Below are positions 9,439-18,544 of a stretch of DNA of 64,000 nt, one piece after another. Under the pieces are notes generated by a model. That model was not told the DNA's origin. It saw only the letters and a list, made by a program, of their open reading frames with translations, and ran no database searches. Each line of letters opens with the position of its first letter. The first letter of the stretch is position 1. The position numbers and the translations under genes were made by a program. This stretch comes from a virus: IMG/VR virus record IMGVR_UViG_3300025009_000080, positions 8,706 through 72,705 of that record; one strand, given 5' to 3'.

Positions 9439-9816
9439 ATGACAACGCTAAGGATTAAAAGGACAAAACGTGGCTACACTACCCCGGTGGTAAACGTAAC
9501 AAGCGGGAACCATAAGGGAAAACCGTGTAAGTACATCTACTTTTACAAAGTTGCTGTTGAGTTGGCACTTATTGAACCCGGTTATCAGGCTGCATTCAGT
9601 GTTGAAGCCGGTCAGTTAAGTGTAACACTCGCAGCCCCTGATACAGTACTTGAAAACAGTATCACGTTTCAGGTGAACTCAAAGTGGGGTAACAACGTCC
9701 TAATCCTTAAAAGTATTCAACTCGCAGGGCAGATCAATGATGGTCTGTACCTGCTTGGAGAAGGTAAAATGCAGCAAGAAAGTATTATTCACCCATTAAC
9801 ACCTATAACACAATGA
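9439..9816 (+). CDS. hypothetical protein
   Basis: ATG9439 lies just after the ATPase stop. Confidence 0.6.
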   Translation: MTTLRIKRTKRGYTTPVVNVTSGNHKGKPCKYIYFYKVAVELALIEPGYQAAFSVEAGQLSVTLAAPDTVLENSITFQVNSKWGNNVLILKSIQLAGQINDGLYLLGEGKMQQESIIHPLTPITQ

Positions 9817-10034
9817 ATGAATTAAGAGCAGCAGCAGCAGCACAACCAGAGCACCTATCAGTAGCAATGCAATTTGCAAATGAAATGATTGACAGGTTTG
9901 ACCCAGAAGTACAAAATGAGGTACTGGTTAAGATTAAAGAATTGTTTTTCCGGCAACGTGAAAAACAGATCACAGAATTAACTGAACGCATTGATCGCTT
10001 AAAATCTTGTCTTGATAATTTAAGCAATATCTAA
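9813..10034 (+). CDS. hypothetical coiled-coil protein
   Basis: ORF track; ATGA coupling. Confidence 0.6.
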   Translation: MNELRAAAAAQPEHLSVAMQFANEMIDRFDPEVQNEVLVKIKELFFRQREKQITELTERIDRLKSCLDNLSNI

Positions 10035-10056
10035 ACCCACTAACACCTATAAAACA

Positions 10057-10320
10057 ATGAAAATAGAAAAAGAAATAATCGACCAAATGGAATCGTGTGA
10101 CGCTTATTTTATGATTGGAGTGAGAGATAAAATCCACTTTACTTCTATTGGCAGCACACACACAGACGACACGAAGACAATGCATCACTTAGTACAAGGA
10201 ATGCTTGGAAGTGTAGATGACATTATTAAGAGCAAGAAACAGGGTAACGGAATGGTATTAATGGTATTTGCATATAAGGCAGCTAAGACTATATTAAAAG
10301 ATTTCCTCACTAACACTTAA
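10057..10320 (+). CDS. hypothetical protein
   Basis: ORF track. Confidence 0.6.
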   Translation: MKIEKEIIDQMESCDAYFMIGVRDKIHFTSIGSTHTDDTKTMHHLVQGMLGSVDDIIKSKKQGNGMVLMVFAYKAAKTILKDFLTNT

Positions 10321-10331
10321 AATAAAACGCA

Positions 10332-10712
10332 ATGAAACAAACCTATGAAATGATCGGGAATGTGAAAATGATTTCAGATCCCAAAACCTTTGGCGAAAAA
10401 ACAGAACTCGTTGAAGTAATCCTTGAAACAGGAGACGCAAAGTGGAAGGAATATCCCAAGTTCCAGTTCCGAAATATGTTTATGAAAAAGGTTGAAGGGA
10501 CATCGGTTGGAGACCGTGTTGTAATCAGCTTTGGAATCTCAGGGCGTATGTCAGAAGCCGGTGACAACTCTTACATCAACCTGAATGCCTTTGGAATGAC
10601 AAAAATTGAAGAGGCAGAACCAAAAGGCAAGGAAATGAGTCCGCCACCACCAGATGATGAGGGTTTTACCCAAAATCCGCCACCACCAGATGAAGAGGGA
10701 TTGCCGTTCTGA
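10332..10712 (+). CDS. single-stranded DNA-binding protein (DUF3127-like OB fold)
   Basis: E.ILET....EYPKFQF...GDRV.ISF.ISGR..Y.NLNA; Pro/acidic tail ending DEEGLPF. Confidence 0.75.
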   Translation: MKQTYEMIGNVKMISDPKTFGEKTELVEVILETGDAKWKEYPKFQFRNMFMKKVEGTSVGDRVVISFGISGRMSEAGDNSYINLNAFGMTKIEEAEPKGKEMSPPPPDDEGFTQNPPPPDEEGLPF

Positions 10713-10713
10713 T

Positions 10714-11124
10714 ATGATGCGCCCCGACACATTCCCGTACAAAGTCCCTACTGACCTGATCTGTATGCAGACAGGTAAAGAGCGAATACCAATTTTCACT
10801 ATTTGCAGCAGGGCATTTGGTACTACGACTGATAAGGCTATGTCAAAATCAAGAAGGACACCTGATATGCTTGCCCGGCACAGCGCAAGGTACTTTTACC
10901 ACTTGCTTATTAAGTGCTATATGGAGATGGAGCGCAAGGGAATCGGAGACCATGCTACAATAATGCACAGCACATCTGTAATTTACGACTTACTGAACAC
11001 AAAAAATGTTCACAAGGAAGTAATCAGGAGGCTTGAAATGGAATTTTTAGCAGAAGTACGCAGATTTGACCACCGGAGAAAAATCATAACCCACAGAATT
11101 AAGAAATGTCAATCCGCAAAATAG
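10714..11124 (+). CDS. DnaA C-terminal (domain IV) HTH-like protein
   Basis: SKSR....LARH..RY ... IGDHATIMHS resembles the DnaA signature R..ARQ.AMY...IG..DHTTV.HA. Confidence 0.65.
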   Translation: MMRPDTFPYKVPTDLICMQTGKERIPIFTICSRAFGTTTDKAMSKSRRTPDMLARHSARYFYHLLIKCYMEMERKGIGDHATIMHSTSVIYDLLNTKNVHKEVIRRLEMEFLAEVRRFDHRRKIITHRIKKCQSAK

Positions 11125-11636
11125 ATAAAATTCCAACTGATTTTCAGTTTCAGGAATTTGCCGATTTTCTCTCAACAGGAAAGTCCAAACCTGCAAACAA
11201 AAACAAGCCCGTGGCTATATACTTGTTAAGGCATAATAATTATGCTGCATATCGGGTAGATGAAATGGCAGCAGACCTGAAAACGATTCTCAGTTACAGG
11301 GTTTTATTTACAAAACTATTGGATTCATACACAAAATACGCACGGATAGGAGCCAAGATCGAGTACGTTAACGATATGTCAGCAGATGGACTGAAACGGG
11401 TTATCCAAGACACCGTTGTTGACGTACTCCTTGACTTCTTCTCAGATAAAGCATTCGCAAAGATTATTGCGGAGTATTTTGACAAATCAATGTATGCAAG
11501 CGTATCAAAAGCACTACTTGACCTCATGCCAAGTAACCGACAGAAATTCCAAGCTATGCGCAAACAAGCATATATAAACCGATCCAAACGCAAAAAAGAT
11601 GGCGATACTAAAACTAAGCAGGGAGCAACTAAGTAA
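11106..11636 (+). CDS. hypothetical protein
   Basis: ORF track. Confidence 0.6.
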   Translation: MSIRKIDKIPTDFQFQEFADFLSTGKSKPANKNKPVAIYLLRHNNYAAYRVDEMAADLKTILSYRVLFTKLLDSYTKYARIGAKIEYVNDMSADGLKRVIQDTVVDVLLDFFSDKAFAKIIAEYFDKSMYASVSKALLDLMPSNRQKFQAMRKQAYINRSKRKKDGDTKTKQGATK

Positions 11637-12054
11637 ACTTGGCGTTGATGCGCCAAAACCGGATAAAAAACAACCTCATGTAAGGGTAAGGGACCAGGCA
11701 TGGCGTGAAATCGGTGGTGTAAAGAAGTTTTATCGTAGCAAATGGGAGGCTAATTTCGCCCGTTACCTTCAGTTCTTACAGGAACACGGGAATATTGAAA
11801 AGTGGGAACACGAACCCTCTACGTTCTACTTTGAGAATATCAAAAGAGGCACTACGAACTATAAACCCGATTTCCTGATAACCCGAAAGGGAGTAGTGGA
11901 GGTAATTGAAGTTAAAGGCTATATGGATGCAAAATCCGCTACTAAAATCAAACGATTTAAGAAATACTACCCTGAGTATCCATTTACCCTTATTGATGCT
12001 GCATGGTTTGGGAAAAACGCTAACCTGAAACACATTATTAAAGGGTGGGAATAA
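11599..12054 (+). CDS. PD-(D/E)XK endonuclease (DUF1064 / T7 endonuclease I-like)
   Basis: RSKWE, YKPDF and EVKG motifs. Confidence 0.8.
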   Translation: MAILKLSREQLSKLGVDAPKPDKKQPHVRVRDQAWREIGGVKKFYRSKWEANFARYLQFLQEHGNIEKWEHEPSTFYFENIKRGTTNYKPDFLITRKGVVEVIEVKGYMDAKSATKIKRFKKYYPEYPFTLIDAAWFGKNANLKHIIKGWE

Positions 12055-12115
12055 CGTTGGTGCTATGAGCAGGTTTGTGTTGCGCCTGCGGCAAACTTGC
12101 TTATAGCACGTGTTA
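12052..12115. repeat. attC-like imperfect palindrome
   Basis: TAACG...18-bp stem GTGCTATGAGCAGGTTTG/CAAACTTGCTTATAGCAC...TGTTA. Confidence 0.6.
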
Positions 12116-12158
12116 CTGGCTGGCTCGGTTTATCAGTAGGAACTTTAAAAATAACAAA

Positions 12159-12692
12159 ATGAATAAGTACAAAGAAATTGAATTTGGGTTCGGAAATATC
12201 GAATCAGCAGTAAAAGAACTGAAAAGCCATAACGAATTAGTGTGTGGCTCATTTAATGGTCAAATGTTGTATTCTGACATTGACGATGTAGATTCAGCTT
12301 ATGTAAAGATTACAGGCAAAACAAAAGAAGAATGTGACGAAGCCGAAAGAATTAGACACGAAGAATACGAGGAACAACAAAGAAAGCACAAAGAAGCTAT
12401 TCCCAAACTTACAAAAGAATGGATTGAAAAAGGCAATACCATTTTAGACGAAAAGTATTGTGAATTATGGGCTAAATGTGTTCCTATTAGACTTGATGAT
12501 TTGTATCAAGGAATGGAATTAGGTAACTGCCTTGAAATAGTTGAACAGTTGAATAACGGCAAAACGGTTGAAGAAGTAAAACCGCTTATTGAAAATCAAG
12601 GTCATTCAGGAATGTCTTTTGGCTTGGTTTGTTCAATGATAAAATCTTTCTGTGATAGAGGTGAGGAATTTGTCAATTATGCACGGTCGTAG
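12159..12692 (+). CDS. hypothetical protein, cassette-like
   Basis: ATG12159 follows an A-rich leader; the gene is flanked by TAAC-initiated hairpins. Confidence 0.75.
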   Translation: MNKYKEIEFGFGNIESAVKELKSHNELVCGSFNGQMLYSDIDDVDSAYVKITGKTKEECDEAERIRHEEYEEQQRKHKEAIPKLTKEWIEKGNTILDEKYCELWAKCVPIRLDDLYQGMELGNCLEIVEQLNNGKTVEEVKPLIENQGHSGMSFGLVCSMIKSFCDRGEEFVNYARS

Positions 12693-12775
12693 CCTTGCAG
12701 GTAACGTGTCGATAGACGCAAGTTCAGTATGCGCTATTCGATTAAAACTTTAAATAAACAACATAACAAACTGAC

Positions 12776-13015
12776 ATGGACACATTTATCGAACTCTATC
12801 ACAAAGCACCAAGACAGCGCAAACCAACCCGTGTGGTAATGGCTGCAAAAGACATTGAAAACGCAATGACAATACTCAGAAAGACATTCCCTAAAGAGGT
12901 TTGGTATAGTATCTATGTAGTAAAGTGGCAGTACGTAGATAAGGATTACGCGGAAGCAGTTATTGAATCGCAGCGGAAGGATAAGGAGCTTTTAAACGGA
13001 GTGGATCATGGCTAA
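12776..13015 (+). CDS. hypothetical protein
   Basis: ORF track. Confidence 0.6.
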   Translation: MDTFIELYHKAPRQRKPTRVVMAAKDIENAMTILRKTFPKEVWYSIYVVKWQYVDKDYAEAVIESQRKDKELLNGVDHG

Positions 13016-13199
13016 CTATAAGGATAACCACGGTACTGAGTACGACCGAATGTTAAGCAAATTTGGGAAGAAACGATTAATCCAAATGTATAAAAACGCT
13101 GTTATGGAGCGTGAAGAACTCCGGAAACAGATAGCGGATATGACTATTGACTCTATTGATAGCGTGAAATTAAACCGATTAATAAAAAAAGATGAATAA
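13008..13199 (+). CDS. hypothetical protein
   Basis: ORF track. Confidence 0.55.
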   Translation: MANYKDNHGTEYDRMLSKFGKKRLIQMYKNAVMEREELRKQIADMTIDSIDSVKLNRLIKKDE

Positions 13200-13203
13200 T
13201 AAC

Positions 13204-13234
13204 TTGACAACGGTATTTCAATGTTGTAATATTG
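13204..13234 (+). promoter_or_regulatory. putative promoter
   Basis: Intergenic TTGAC-18 nt-TAATATTG (one mismatch to TAnnTTTG); no upstream box. Confidence 0.55.
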
Positions 13235-13266
13235 TACCGTTATACAACACTTAATTTTAAGACACC

Positions 13267-14151
13267 ATGGCAAAAGAATTTAAAACCAGTTACCAGTACA
13301 AAAACGAAAAGATCGAAAAGTTGGAAGCCGAAATAGTCCGGCTAACCTCCCTCTATGAAACCGAGTTTAAGACAAAAAAGGAACTTGAAAAAGACTGCAA
13401 ATTACTATCAGATCAGGCAAAAATACATAAAAGGTTACTTAATGACTTTTTGGGTGAAGTAAGTAAATTAACCTGTGTTGTTGAAGAACAACGTGTAACG
13501 ATTAACCGGCTTAATATTGAGATTACTAAGACAAAAGAAGTACATAGTAAACCATGGTTATTTAATGAAGACCTAAGTGCTTTCGCAAACGACCACAAGA
13601 TAAAAACTCCTGAATGGGACAATACCTTTAAAACGTATTTAAAGAACCTATACGGTAAGCCGCAGGAACTCGAAGATTATGCCAAACAAAAATTCTCTAA
13701 TATGGTTGCTAAAGCAAAGCAATACAAAGCCGAAATCAACCGAATGATAGCGGAACGGCAGCAAAAGGAAGAGACCTGTTACGGGTGCGCAAATTGGAAT
13801 ATCAACGACACCACAACGGACTGCGAAGGCTGCAAATACAACGCACTTTTACCCAATGACCTACCTTTGAAGTGGAAGCAAAAGGAAGACCAGGATAAGG
13901 TTTGTTATAATTGTGATGCTTGGGATGATATAGGTAAACCCGAACCCGAACTAATCCCGTTCGATAACAGCGAACTAAAAACCCTTGTCGGGAAAACTAT
14001 TGTCAATTCATCAAATCCTGACAGGGTTTGCATTATTACCGGGACGTGGGGAAATGGTTGTGTTGAATGTGGTAAGATGATTGTATCGAGCGAAACCCTT
14101 GTTAAGTACTGGCTATTGGACGGTAAACCCTGTGGAAAGGAGAAGGTATGA
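13267..14151 (+). CDS. coiled-coil protein with Cys-rich C-terminus
   Basis: ORF track; several CxxC motifs. Confidence 0.65.
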   Translation: MAKEFKTSYQYKNEKIEKLEAEIVRLTSLYETEFKTKKELEKDCKLLSDQAKIHKRLLNDFLGEVSKLTCVVEEQRVTINRLNIEITKTKEVHSKPWLFNEDLSAFANDHKIKTPEWDNTFKTYLKNLYGKPQELEDYAKQKFSNMVAKAKQYKAEINRMIAERQQKEETCYGCANWNINDTTTDCEGCKYNALLPNDLPLKWKQKEDQDKVCYNCDAWDDIGKPEPELIPFDNSELKTLVGKTIVNSSNPDRVCIITGTWGNGCVECGKMIVSSETLVKYWLLDGKPCGKEKV

Positions 14152-14960
14152 AAGCACTACTTATTATTATGTTAATGCCATTGTTCGCAATGGGACAGGT
14201 GCAACCTAAACCAAAAACCACCTATACTGTCAAGTATTGCGTTAGACATCTTGTACAAGATCCATGTCCTGATGCTGTAAAAAAAGACAAATTTGGCAGG
14301 AAGTCATCCAACTATGGTTGTTGTTTGGTGTTTCATTGTCATGCCGAACTATCATGTGATAGTGCTATTTTTACCAACAGGGTTGAGGCATTTGATTTTT
14401 GCAATGAGGCAGCGAATGACGAAACCGGGGATATTGCCAGTGTTGTAATTGATAGTATGTCAATACCGATTAAAACTAAAATAGGCATTGGCAGCAAGAT
14501 AAGCGATTCGGTAAACACAGTTGGGTCTCAGTTAATTATACGAGACTCAAAGAACTATATATTTGGATACCCGATCCCACCGGATCAAAAATTGACGTTA
14601 AATAAAATTTGTAGTCCCGAAATAGATACGATAACATCAGGACAAAAGACGGTTGTTACTCATTCCCAATACGATACAATCAGGAATATAACAATTGTTA
14701 CTAACTCAAATAAGAGCGGAGAAGGCACCCTTGATAATATCTTTTCTCAGTCCTTAGTGAGGCTTTATAGGCAGTACAAAGCAGAATGCTACAATGATAG
14801 CACACTCCAAACGGTATATAAAGACCACAATCAAATAACTATCCATCCGGGCGGAGGGTGTAGCTCTACATTAATGGCGCCTATCCCAGCCAAAAGATGG
14901 GTACACAAAACCCCAACCTTTGAGGGCTTTATGGAATGGATTGAGAAAAATAATCGTTAA
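14148..14960 (+). CDS. exported protein
   Basis: Signal peptide MKALLIIMLMPLFAMG|Q. Confidence 0.7.
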   Translation: MKALLIIMLMPLFAMGQVQPKPKTTYTVKYCVRHLVQDPCPDAVKKDKFGRKSSNYGCCLVFHCHAELSCDSAIFTNRVEAFDFCNEAANDETGDIASVVIDSMSIPIKTKIGIGSKISDSVNTVGSQLIIRDSKNYIFGYPIPPDQKLTLNKICSPEIDTITSGQKTVVTHSQYDTIRNITIVTNSNKSGEGTLDNIFSQSLVRLYRQYKAECYNDSTLQTVYKDHNQITIHPGGGCSSTLMAPIPAKRWVHKTPTFEGFMEWIEKNNR

Positions 14961-14979
14961 TACTTTAAAATAAAAACCC

Positions 14980-15204
14980 ATGGAATTTAAAGAAGAACAC
15001 CTTAAAGAAGGGAATATACTTATTGTGCAAGAATCAGAACCCCTTTACTCCCGTCCATTTAAAACAAGGATTATTGAAGTTACAAAAAACTCTATTTTGT
15101 ATAGTAACGAAGATATGCCGGGAAAACCCATCCTGAGACATACAATAGGAAAATTCTTGAATTGCTTCAGGTTGATAGAGTGGATTGAAGGGAAACCAAA
15201 ATGA
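14980..15204 (+). CDS. hypothetical protein
   Basis: ORF track. Confidence 0.6.
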   Translation: MEFKEEHLKEGNILIVQESEPLYSRPFKTRIIEVTKNSILYSNEDMPGKPILRHTIGKFLNCFRLIEWIEGKPK

Positions 15205-15701
15205 TACGCAGACGGAAACCCCTTAAACGCACTCCAATAAAGCGCAAGAAGCCTGTCGTTAAAAAAACGAAGTCAGACCTTACCCCCCTTCAGATTGATC
15301 GGCAAAGGCACGTTTTTGACATTCAGATTGCAGAAACAATCTGGAATAAGCGGTTTGAATTCGATAACGAAGGTAACAAAGTCAGAAGGTGTGCTGAATG
15401 TAAGCACGTAATTCACCCTCCCTGGCGCAAACATAATTTCTCCCATGTACTGGTTAAGAAAACGTATAAGAAGATCCGGTACATTGAATTAAATATTGAC
15501 CTGATATGCTGGGACTGCCACCAAAAGTGGGAGTTTGGTGACATGATTGGCATGAAAATCTACGACATTGACAAAATAAACCTTCTCAGGGCATTAGACA
15601 GAGCTATCCCGAAATTCTTTGAAGAAGATCAGTTATTCCTGTATAACAGAACCCTTAATGACGAATATAGCAGAGACGGGTGTTATAGTGTATTGAAATA
15701 A
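15201..15701 (+). CDS. HNH/NinG-like Zn-binding nuclease
   Basis: Basic N-terminus; CAEC...SH...N..LICWDCH. Confidence 0.65.
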   Translation: MIRRRKPLKRTPIKRKKPVVKKTKSDLTPLQIDRQRHVFDIQIAETIWNKRFEFDNEGNKVRRCAECKHVIHPPWRKHNFSHVLVKKTYKKIRYIELNIDLICWDCHQKWEFGDMIGMKIYDIDKINLLRALDRAIPKFFEEDQLFLYNRTLNDEYSRDGCYSVLK

Positions 15702-15880
15702 ACCTCTATTTCATCCTGAGATGTGATTCGTTTCATCTCCAAAAGGCAGGAAGTCGCTATATCTTTGATTTCCTGTCTTTTTGTTTCTACCTGATCGTCT
15801 TTTACGTCTTCCCAGACAGGTAGTTCTGCTATGCCACTACCCATATTAGTAGAGACAACTCTTGCACTCACTATTAACAT
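15683..15880 (-). CDS. small hypothetical protein (last gene of the late operon)
   Basis: ORF track; follows the fibre gene and overlaps the convergent gene by 19 nt. Confidence 0.5.
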   Translation of the reverse strand: MLIVSARVVSTNMGSGIAELPVWEDVKDDQVETKRQEIKDIATSCLLEMKRITSQDEIEVYFNTL

Positions 15881-15911
15881 AGTAAGAAAATTAAAGGGTG
15901 AATAAATAGAT

Positions 15912-18530
15912 TTACTGGTTGTAAATTATAGTCCCTGTCATTGTCAAAGTAGCTCCTAAAGCGTTACTAATCCTTACCGTTGCCCCGTTGTCCACAATGC
16001 AGAATTTAGCATCTGTATTCGTGTTAACCACGTTGGCAGAGTTTGTTATTAAAGTTACTACTGCTGCACTGGTGAAAATAGCCCAAACGTATTCCTGAGC
16101 GTCACCGATCATTAACTGGATCATACCTCCTGATGTTCCGGGAGTGATGTCAATGTAACTTCCTGCGTCGTAGTCCGTCCCTGCTTGGGTGTTGTCAACC
16201 AATGACCGCCCCAAAACCTGTAATTTGTTTGATGCTGTGTTGGTAGTTGTTCCTGTTGTAGAATTCGTTACCGTTTGTATAATTGCATCTGATTTACCCG
16301 TGCCTGTTGCCAGTCCTGATACCAACAATAAGTCACCACCATTTTTATCAGTAGCTGCAAGGGTTGCACCCGGAGCTTCGACTGTCATGTTTACCCCTGC
16401 CGTGTTGGCGGTGGTGTTGCGTTCTCCCCAAACTTTGAAGGCGGTCTGACCCGAAAAGGAAAGGAGGTTGGTGGGGGATAGTGTCCCAAACCCAACATAT
16501 CCAGTAGCTTTAATAATAGCAGAAGCCCCAGCCATTGTTGTAAAGTTTGTAATATTATTTCCAATTCCAACGTCTCCATTTATACCTATTACAATTGGTG
16601 CTAATGATCCATTTGCTATTAAAAATCGAAATGGCACATTACTATAACTCCCCAAATATGCACCACCAGCATCAACACCAAATGATCCTTTACTATTCGT
16701 TGCAGTAGCCTCAAATATTGTTCCTCCTTTAATGTGAAATTTATCAATAGGTGTTATACCAATCCCCACATTACCATTCGATAGAATGGTCATCCTTTCC
16801 GTCAAAACAGAAGGTGCTGCATCCGTGGCAGTCCAAAATGACATCTTTGTTGGTACACGGGTTGCTGCGATTGTGCCAGTGGAGGTAACTTTGATAGCCC
16901 CCATATCCAAATAGTTGGTTCCATCATACCCCTGTGCCCGGATTTCTCCTAAATCAGCCCCAGTAGTGATTACTGTCGGGGCTGCATTCGTTCCATAAGA
17001 CTTACTGAGGTTAATGATTGCCCCCTCTGTCCCATCATTGTGCTGGCTTGATGTTATGCCACGAGGTGAAGTGGTGAGAGTGGAAGAGGCGTGGAGACGA
17101 GTGGCGGGGAGAATAGTACCTAATCCTAAATTACCAGAATTATTTATTACACCAGAAACAACACCGCCTCCTCCAAATTCAAACACATTACCAGTTGAAT
17201 ATTGCACTGCTTGTAAAATTGTTGCAGATTCACTTCCTGAAAATAGTCCTCTATTTCCAGTAACTCTATAGCCAAAAATCGTACCTAATCTTACATCTAA
17301 TTGTACAATAGGGTTATTTGTCCCGATCCCCACATACCCACTTGGCAAAATCGTCATCCTTTCCGTTAAAACAGAAGGTGCTGCATCTGTGGCAGTCCAA
17401 AATGACATCTTTGTTGGTACACGGGTTGCAGCGATTGTTCCGGTGGAGGTAACTTTGATAGCCCCCATATCCAAATAGTTGGTTCCATCATACCCCTGTG
17501 CCCTGATCTCCCCTAAGTCCGCTCCTGTGGTGATGACAGTAGGGACTGCATTCGTTCCATAAGACTTACTGAGGTTAATGATTGCCCCCTCTGTCCCATC
17601 ATTGTGCTGGCTGCTCGTTATGCCACGAGGGGAGGTTGTGATCGTAGAGGCTGAATGGATGCGAGTGGCAGGAAGGGTGGTGCCGATGCCGACTAATCCG
17701 TCATCCCGTATTCTTAATTTTTCAGATAAAGCCCCGCCTGTATATGTGTAAAATTTCAAATCGGTATCCCCACTTCCAGCCCTATTTGTTCTTGTTGCTT
17801 CAATTTGAGCAAACACATTCTGTGTAGCAGAAATATCAAATTGTAACCTTACAGACCCTGCTGCTGTGCTATTTTGTAATCTAAGTAAGTCATTTGTCGC
17901 CCCTGATATAACACATTTTGGGGACATATATGTAGAATTTGCCATCCCAATCCCTACATTTCCATTCGGTAAAATAGTCATACGCTCCGTTAAAACAGAA
18001 GGTGCTGCATCTGTGGCAGTCCAGAATGACATCTTGGTTGGTACACGGGTTGCTGCGATTGTTCCGGTTGAGGCGATTTCAATTGCTCCCATTTCGAGGT
18101 AATTTGTGCCGTCGTAACCACTGGCAACCAAACGCCCTAACATATCGCCCGTTACTACCGTTGTGGGTGCTAATAGCGTTCCACGTGCTTTGCGCATATG
18201 GAATCTTGCTCCGTCTGTACCCGTGTTATATTGCGTTGACATTATGCCACGTGGTGAGCTTGTTAGTGATGAAGCAACCTGCATTTCGGTTAACGGAGAA
18301 GGAGTCCCTACACCCAACCACCCTTTTGAATTAACTACAATCACTGAATCCGATCCTGTTTTGTCGTTACGGATAACAAGCATCGTATCTGATGATCCAT
18401 TTCCATTAACCTCTACTTTAGCTGTAGCGGTTTTTATACCTACTCCAAGTTTTCCCGGAACATAGGATGTTTTCTGCGAAAATGCAAATGTGCTGATAAA
18501 CAGCGCAATAATTAATAATATCTTTTTCAT
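15912..18530 (-). CDS. tail-fibre-like beta-repeat protein with N-terminal signal peptide
   Basis: Repeated G.VGIGT..P...LH and ERMTI motifs; three copies of a roughly 115-aa module; signal peptide MKKILLIIALFISTFAFS|Q. Confidence 0.75.
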   Translation of the reverse strand: MKKILLIIALFISTFAFSQKTSYVPGKLGVGIKTATAKVEVNGNGSSDTMLVIRNDKTGSDSVIVVNSKGWLGVGTPSPLTEMQVASSLTSSPRGIMSTQYNTGTDGARFHMRKARGTLLAPTTVVTGDMLGRLVASGYDGTNYLEMGAIEIASTGTIAATRVPTKMSFWTATDAAPSVLTERMTILPNGNVGIGMANSTYMSPKCVISGATNDLLRLQNSTAAGSVRLQFDISATQNVFAQIEATRTNRAGSGDTDLKFYTYTGGALSEKLRIRDDGLVGIGTTLPATRIHSASTITTSPRGITSSQHNDGTEGAIINLSKSYGTNAVPTVITTGADLGEIRAQGYDGTNYLDMGAIKVTSTGTIAATRVPTKMSFWTATDAAPSVLTERMTILPSGYVGIGTNNPIVQLDVRLGTIFGYRVTGNRGLFSGSESATILQAVQYSTGNVFEFGGGGVVSGVINNSGNLGLGTILPATRLHASSTLTTSPRGITSSQHNDGTEGAIINLSKSYGTNAAPTVITTGADLGEIRAQGYDGTNYLDMGAIKVTSTGTIAATRVPTKMSFWTATDAAPSVLTERMTILSNGNVGIGITPIDKFHIKGGTIFEATATNSKGSFGVDAGGAYLGSYSNVPFRFLIANGSLAPIVIGINGDVGIGNNITNFTTMAGASAIIKATGYVGFGTLSPTNLLSFSGQTAFKVWGERNTTANTAGVNMTVEAPGATLAATDKNGGDLLLVSGLATGTGKSDAIIQTVTNSTTGTTTNTASNKLQVLGRSLVDNTQAGTDYDAGSYIDITPGTSGGMIQLMIGDAQEYVWAIFTSAAVVTLITNSANVVNTNTDAKFCIVDNGATVRISNALGATLTMTGTIIYNQ
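16765..18310 (-). repeat. three intragenic copies of a roughly 350-bp module (approx. 16765-17125, 17325-17690, 17955-18310)
   Basis: Shared TGTIAATRVPTKMSFWTATDAAPSVLTERMTIL; copies 2 and 3 are nearly identical in DNA. Confidence 0.85.
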
Positions 18531-18544
18531 TTTGTTTGTTGATT

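Noticed and set aside
12075-12158. N-terminal extension of ORF 12075
   Set aside because: The TTG start lies inside the attC-like hairpin; ATG12159 has the typical A-rich leader.
16765-17690. Diversity-generating retroelement TR/VR pair
   Set aside because: There is no reverse transcriptase in the window. Both copies are coding, and the differences are mostly synonymous rather than adenine-specific.
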